A stretch of 64,000 nt of DNA, from the NCBI GenBank assembly GCA_020348925.1, contig CP070758.1, positions 3,239,688-3,303,687 of the forward strand, written 5' to 3'. Under the pieces are notes generated by a model, which saw only the letters and a list, made by a program, of their open reading frames with translations, was not told the DNA's origin and did not search any database. Of the stretch, positions 59,920 to 64,000 are shown in pieces. Made by a program: the position numbers and the translations under genes. This DNA is from Gemmatimonadota bacterium (lineage in GTDB: Bacteria > JBHIER01 > G020348925). Numbering within the stretch: position 1 is the stretch's first letter; each line of letters begins with the position of its first letter.

Positions 59920-60008
59920 TCACTGTGACGGTTCTTCAGGCTTGGAGTTGGGCCCGTGCCTTTTCCGAAATCCTGCGGGATTCACTCTGTCACATTAGCT
60001 GAGGGCTT

Positions 60009-60779
60009 ATGAAAATACTATCGACAATTCTCATTGGTGTTTTTACGTTTTGTGCAGCGCACGTTTTCGGCGAAGCGAATTCGGGCTGTGATGGCCTGGC
60101 CCGAAGGACATCTGCCAAATTTCCCGCTGTGGTCGAGTGCATCTCGACCCCGGATCCTCAATCGCCATCTCTGCCCCAGGACAGGCGCGAGGCTCCCAAA
60201 TCTCCGGGCAAAGCATTTTTTCTGTCTCTCCTTGTGCCGGGTTTGGGCGAATGGTACGCCGGATCGCCCCAGAAGGGAAAGATCTTTTTGGCTGCCGAGG
60301 CGGCCGTGTGGTCAAGCTTCGCAGCCTTTGAACACTATAGCGCCTGGAAAAAGAGAGATTACGAACTTTACTCCGTGGCTCACGCAAACGTTTCCCTGGA
60401 GGGGAAGGATGACGATTTTTTTAAGCATGTCGCGGCATACACTGATGTCAGGAGCTACAACGAGGATCGGTTGCACGCCAGAGAATGGAATGACGTTTAC
60501 TGGGACGAAGACTTCTACCATTGGCAGTGGGACAGCCCAGAATCACGGGAAAAGTTCAACGAGGTTCGGGATGCCAGCCGCAAGGCTCATCGGCGTGCCC
60601 TCAACATGGTCGGAGCAGCCGTGTTGAATCGGGTCATCAGTGCCATCGACGCGGTTCGGACAGCCAAGACCTTCAATAAGAAAGTTCGGGAAAATGATAC
60701 CGGTTTTCACCTCGGCTTCAAAGTACGCGGTAGCATTCGAAATCCCAAAGCCCTCATTGTCCTGAATAAGAATTTCTGA
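60009..60779 (+). CDS. Paralogous exported/membrane hypothetical protein (DUF5683-like N-motif)
   Basis: KSPGKAFFLSLLVPGLGEWY, W.WDS, NRVISAIDA, C-terminal Phe. Confidence 0.7.
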   Translation: MKILSTILIGVFTFCAAHVFGEANSGCDGLARRTSAKFPAVVECISTPDPQSPSLPQDRREAPKSPGKAFFLSLLVPGLGEWYAGSPQKGKIFLAAEAAVWSSFAAFEHYSAWKKRDYELYSVAHANVSLEGKDDDFFKHVAAYTDVRSYNEDRLHAREWNDVYWDEDFYHWQWDSPESREKFNEVRDASRKAHRRALNMVGAAVLNRVISAIDAVRTAKTFNKKVRENDTGFHLGFKVRGSIRNPKALIVLNKNF

Positions 60780-61013
60780 CGGACTTCGGAGGGGGACTCC
60801 ACTCTCACTATGCCCGCATCCCCCCCCAAAAAATAACGCCCCTTTGCCATCCATCCGTTCTGAAGGCGCGGACAGATCTCGCTGGTACATTCCTGCGCAT
60901 GGTGCGGGATGCGACGAGGATCTGCCAATACCTTTCATCTTGTACTCCCTCGGCATAACACATACCACATATAGTTAAGTCCCAAAAAATTTTGGTTTTC
61001 CTTCATTTTTTCC

Positions 61014-61087
61014 TTGACAATTGGAAAAAATTGGTTTACTTATGGCACAATATGGTATAGATTGGAATGAATTGGACGTCGATTGGA
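61014..61087 (+). promoter_or_regulatory. dcw promoter region with phased TGG repeats (probable MraZ operator)
   Basis: TTGACA at 61014; TGG at 61022, 61032, 61043, 61053, 61063, 61073, 61084. Confidence 0.6.
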
Positions 61088-61143
61088 AGACATCGGTATT
61101 ATGCTTCATTGAATCCGGATGGTTTCAAAAGGAAAGACTTGCT

Positions 61144-61542
61144 ATGTTCCATAATCTCTGCGGCCAATATCGTTGTTCAATTGAGAGCGGCAGGTTGAAA
61201 CTGCCCGCTCCACTCTGTCGGGCCCTGAAAATAGAATCCAAGCAACAATTTCATATGACGAGAGAGAAGAGTGATAGACTCCATCTCTACTCGCAACAAC
61301 TTTGGGAAGAGCGGGTCGATGAATTGATGCGGCTGCGAAAGCAGCACGGGGGGGAGGAGAAATTCAGGGAGATTGTCGACTCATATTGTCCCATCGATGT
61401 GGACAAAAACGGGCGCATGACGATACCCCAGGACATTCGGGAAAGGGCCGGATTGGACAAAAAAGTGGTCGTCGTAGGTATGCTCGATCACATGGAGATC
61501 TGGGACTTTGAGAAATACGAAAGGAGTTTCCGAAGAATGTAA
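61144..61542 (+). CDS. mraZ: Division/cell wall cluster regulator MraZ
   Basis: Two AbrB-like halves (GRLKLPA; DKNGRMTIP..VVVVG..DHMEIW), directly upstream of rsmH. Confidence 0.88.
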   Translation: MFHNLCGQYRCSIESGRLKLPAPLCRALKIESKQQFHMTREKSDRLHLYSQQLWEERVDELMRLRKQHGGEEKFREIVDSYCPIDVDKNGRMTIPQDIRERAGLDKKVVVVGMLDHMEIWDFEKYERSFRRM

Positions 61543-61608
61543 CTGGTACGGAATAGGCATGGCTCCGTTACATGCCTCTATCTGAGTGAACCCTTCTGTT
61601 TTCGCGAC

Positions 61609-62595
61609 ATGAATACTCTGTACACGTTGCCATCTCTAGGCGAGCCAACATTGAATCCAGGTTCTCGTGAGCCGGAACATATCCCGGTACTCAAAGAGAC
61701 GGTTGTGAGTTCCCTTATCACAGACCGTGAAGGGATCTATGTCGATTGCACCGTGGGCGGCGGCGGTCACGCGGAGGCGATTCTGGACCGTTTGGGAGCG
61801 TCGGGAACCGTCATTGGTCTCGATCTTGACGCTGATGCGGTCGAGGCGACCCGAAAACGACTCGCCCGTTTCAGGCAGAACGTGAGCCTGTTTCAGGCGG
61901 ACTTTTCTGCCCTTGGAGAGACTTTGGAGGAGAATGGAATATCTGAGGTGGCCGGAGTTCTCTTCGATTTGGGGCTCTCGTCCCTGCAGCTCGATGCGCC
62001 GGACAGGGGGTTCAGCTACAGCCATGATGGTCCTTTGGATATGCGCCTGAACCGGTCTCAATCGAAAACGGCACGGGATGTCGTAAACTGGTATACGAGG
62101 AATGAGTTGACACGTATTTTTCGGGACTACGGGCAAGAGCGGTACGCCAGCACGATCAGCAGGGCTGTCATCAGAGCGCGCGAGGGAAGGCCCATTGAGA
62201 GCACGTCCCATTTGGCCCATCTTGTACAATGTGCGATTCCAACGAGAGGTCCTCAGGTGAAGACGCTTTCAAGAATTTTCCAGGCCATTCGAATCGAGGT
62301 CAACGATGAATTGTGCCGTCTGAAAAAGGGTCTCTTGAACGCTATAGCTGTTGTGAGGGGTGGGGGGCGCATTGTGACGATTTCATATCATTCTTTGGAG
62401 GACAGAATCGTGAAGTCGATCTTCTCCGAAAAGTCGAAGGGATGTATCTGTCCTCCTGATCTGCCGGTCTGCGCCTGTGATCGGGCGGTGGAGTTGAACG
62501 TGCTGACGAGAGGTGCCCTGCGACCGGATGATGAAGAGGTGCGAAGAAACAATCGGGCCCGAAGCGCCCGCCTGAGGATCGCTGAGAAAATATAA
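61609..62595 (+). CDS. rsmH: 16S rRNA m4C1402 methyltransferase
   Basis: HIPVL, DCTVGGGGH, DLGLSS.QLD..RGFS, PLDMR, FQAIRIEVN, SYHSLEDRIVK, RARSARLR. Confidence 0.97.
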   Translation: MNTLYTLPSLGEPTLNPGSREPEHIPVLKETVVSSLITDREGIYVDCTVGGGGHAEAILDRLGASGTVIGLDLDADAVEATRKRLARFRQNVSLFQADFSALGETLEENGISEVAGVLFDLGLSSLQLDAPDRGFSYSHDGPLDMRLNRSQSKTARDVVNWYTRNELTRIFRDYGQERYASTISRAVIRAREGRPIESTSHLAHLVQCAIPTRGPQVKTLSRIFQAIRIEVNDELCRLKKGLLNAIAVVRGGGRIVTISYHSLEDRIVKSIFSEKSKGCICPPDLPVCACDRAVELNVLTRGALRPDDEEVRRNNRARSARLRIAEKI

Positions 62596-62603
62596 GGGGG
62601 AAC

Positions 62604-63011
62604 ATGGTCCGACATCACATGGGGCTTGTCAAGCGCCACGCAAAACAGCGCTCTGGCGTTCGGAATGCGGTCCTGTGGAAATATATGGCTATTCTCTTCG
62701 CTGTCGTGTTTCTGATGGTGTTCTATCTCTGGGAACAGTATCAGGTCATCTCTTTCGATTCCACGATTCATACCTTGAGGGGCGAGATCCAAGAAGTAGA
62801 CGATGAGAACAGCCGGCTTTTCGTGCAGGTGGTCTCCTTGTCTAATGGACAGGAGATCACAGCGCGGGCGCGACATGATTTGAAAATGACGTTTCCTGAA
62901 AGAGAGCGCGTTCTTCTCATTGAACGCTCGCCTGCTGATTGGACAAAGATGCATATCGATCTGGGTGCGGATCAAGCGCTTGGTTTCGCTCCCGAAGACT
63001 TTTCCGAATGA
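62604..63011 (+). CDS. ftsL: Cell division protein FtsL-like
   Basis: Single TM helix plus coiled coil (L..EI.EV..EN..L...LS....I...AR..L.M), lying between rsmH and a PBP gene. Confidence 0.7.
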   Translation: MVRHHMGLVKRHAKQRSGVRNAVLWKYMAILFAVVFLMVFYLWEQYQVISFDSTIHTLRGEIQEVDDENSRLFVQVVSLSNGQEITARARHDLKMTFPERERVLLIERSPADWTKMHIDLGADQALGFAPEDFSE

Positions 63012-64000
63012 TGATTGAGAAAACACACATCCGACGGTACCGCCTCATTCTCATGGGTGGACTGTTCTTCTGGCTCCTTTTGGTTGGTCGACTGGTCTAC
63101 ATCCAATTGGAGCGGAGCTCCATTTTTCAGAGCGTCGCCGCGCAGCAGCAGTTGCGCTTCCGGGAGTTGAAGCCGAACCGGGGTACGGTGTACGACCGGC
63201 GGTTGACTCCACTCACGTTAAATCTTGTGTATGATTCTTTCGGCGTCCGTCCGGACTCCTTAAAGGACCGAAGCCGCGCCGCCTCTCTTCTCTCACCCCT
63301 CTTGGGAAAGAGTCGGAAATGTGTGTCGGAGGTTCTGAACAAGTCCGGCGATTTTATCTGGCTGGCCAAAAAAGTTGAGCCCTCAGTCGGCGAACAAATC
63401 AGATCCCTGAACATACCCGGAATTTGTCCTCAAAGAGATGTCTTGCGATACTATCCCTTTGGAAAGCTCGCCGGCCAGGTGATCGGCTTCACCAACACAA
63501 CGAATTGCGGCATCGAGGGGATCGAGATGGATATGAATTCCGCGCTGACGGGGACACCTGGGAAATGCATCATATTGATGGATGCCAATTGCCGACGGTA
63601 TTCCGACGTGACGCTTCCCTATGATCCGCCGCAGGACGGGTGTGATATCGTCTTGACTCTGGACGCCCGCTGTCAATCGATCGTCGAGGAAGAACTCCTG
63701 GCCACTGTGGACCAATACGGGGCCAGAGGGGCCATGGGTGTCGTCATAATCCCCCGGACCGGTGAGATCCTTGCCATGGCCAATATCCCGGAGTTTGATC
63801 CCAATCATGTCAATCGTTACAACAAGGCCCAACGAAAGAATCGGGTTGTCACGGACCTGTTCGAACCCGGCAGTATCTTCAAAGTGGTCACTGCGGCTGC
63901 GGCCCTGCAGGAGGGGATCGTCCAGCCCGAGGATTCGATCTATGCGGAGAACGGCTCTTTCCTCTATGCGGGAACGGTTCTCCACGACTGGAAGAAATTC
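63008..64000 (+). CDS. ftsI: Class B penicillin-binding protein (FtsI/PBP3), partial, runs off the window
   Basis: RLVYIQ, RGTVYDR, RYYP, GIEGIE, LTLD, TGEILAMA, FEPGSIFK (SxxK); not in the ORF track because it has no stop. Confidence 0.9.
   Translation, partial: MMIEKTHIRRYRLILMGGLFFWLLLVGRLVYIQLERSSIFQSVAAQQQLRFRELKPNRGTVYDRRLTPLTLNLVYDSFGVRPDSLKDRSRAASLLSPLLGKSRKCVSEVLNKSGDFIWLAKKVEPSVGEQIRSLNIPGICPQRDVLRYYPFGKLAGQVIGFTNTTNCGIEGIEMDMNSALTGTPGKCIILMDANCRRYSDVTLPYDPPQDGCDIVLTLDARCQSIVEEELLATVDQYGARGAMGVVIIPRTGEILAMANIPEFDPNHVNRYNKAQRKNRVVTDLFEPGSIFKVVTAAAALQEGIVQPEDSIYAENGSFLYAGTVLHDWKKF

Overview
A 64 kb bacterial chromosome segment from a draft assembly, with a 100-N gap at 12615-12714. 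Gene content suggests a diderm member of the FCB superphylum outside Bacteroidota (KSB1/Latescibacterota/Zixibacteria-like); this placement is inference. In order: (1) an Omp85-like barrel, an FG-GAP protein, a divergent polysaccharide deacetylase and pdxJ; (2) a lone PHP-phosphoesterase/ABC-ATPase fusion (Ppl/TrlF-like) between long AT-rich spacers; (3) a minus-strand PTS-IIA / zinc ribbon / LiaF remnant / DRG-type GTPase block and three tRNAs; (4) a ~28 kb surface-glycosylation region with WbpB/D/E-like genes, polyprenyl-phosphate GT2s, three UPF0104 flippase-like genes, four GT-C-type transferases, a UbiA phosphoribosyltransferase, DUF362, accA, Trm112 and a GT9; (5) a secreted Pro-Ser-linker/HExxH protein followed by a HEAT-like partner and a cohesin-dockerin CTD protein; (6) a type IX secretion-like operon (PorU sortase, PorV, a degenerate M6 protease, a gluzincin-TolB-Omp85 fusion, two paralogous membrane proteins) with no porKLMN or sprA in the window; (7) the start of the dcw cluster (mraZ, rsmH, ftsL-like, ftsI partial). 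Six TGTCATT...AATGACA palindromic elements lie in intergenic regions. All calls come from reading motifs by eye; no database searches were run.
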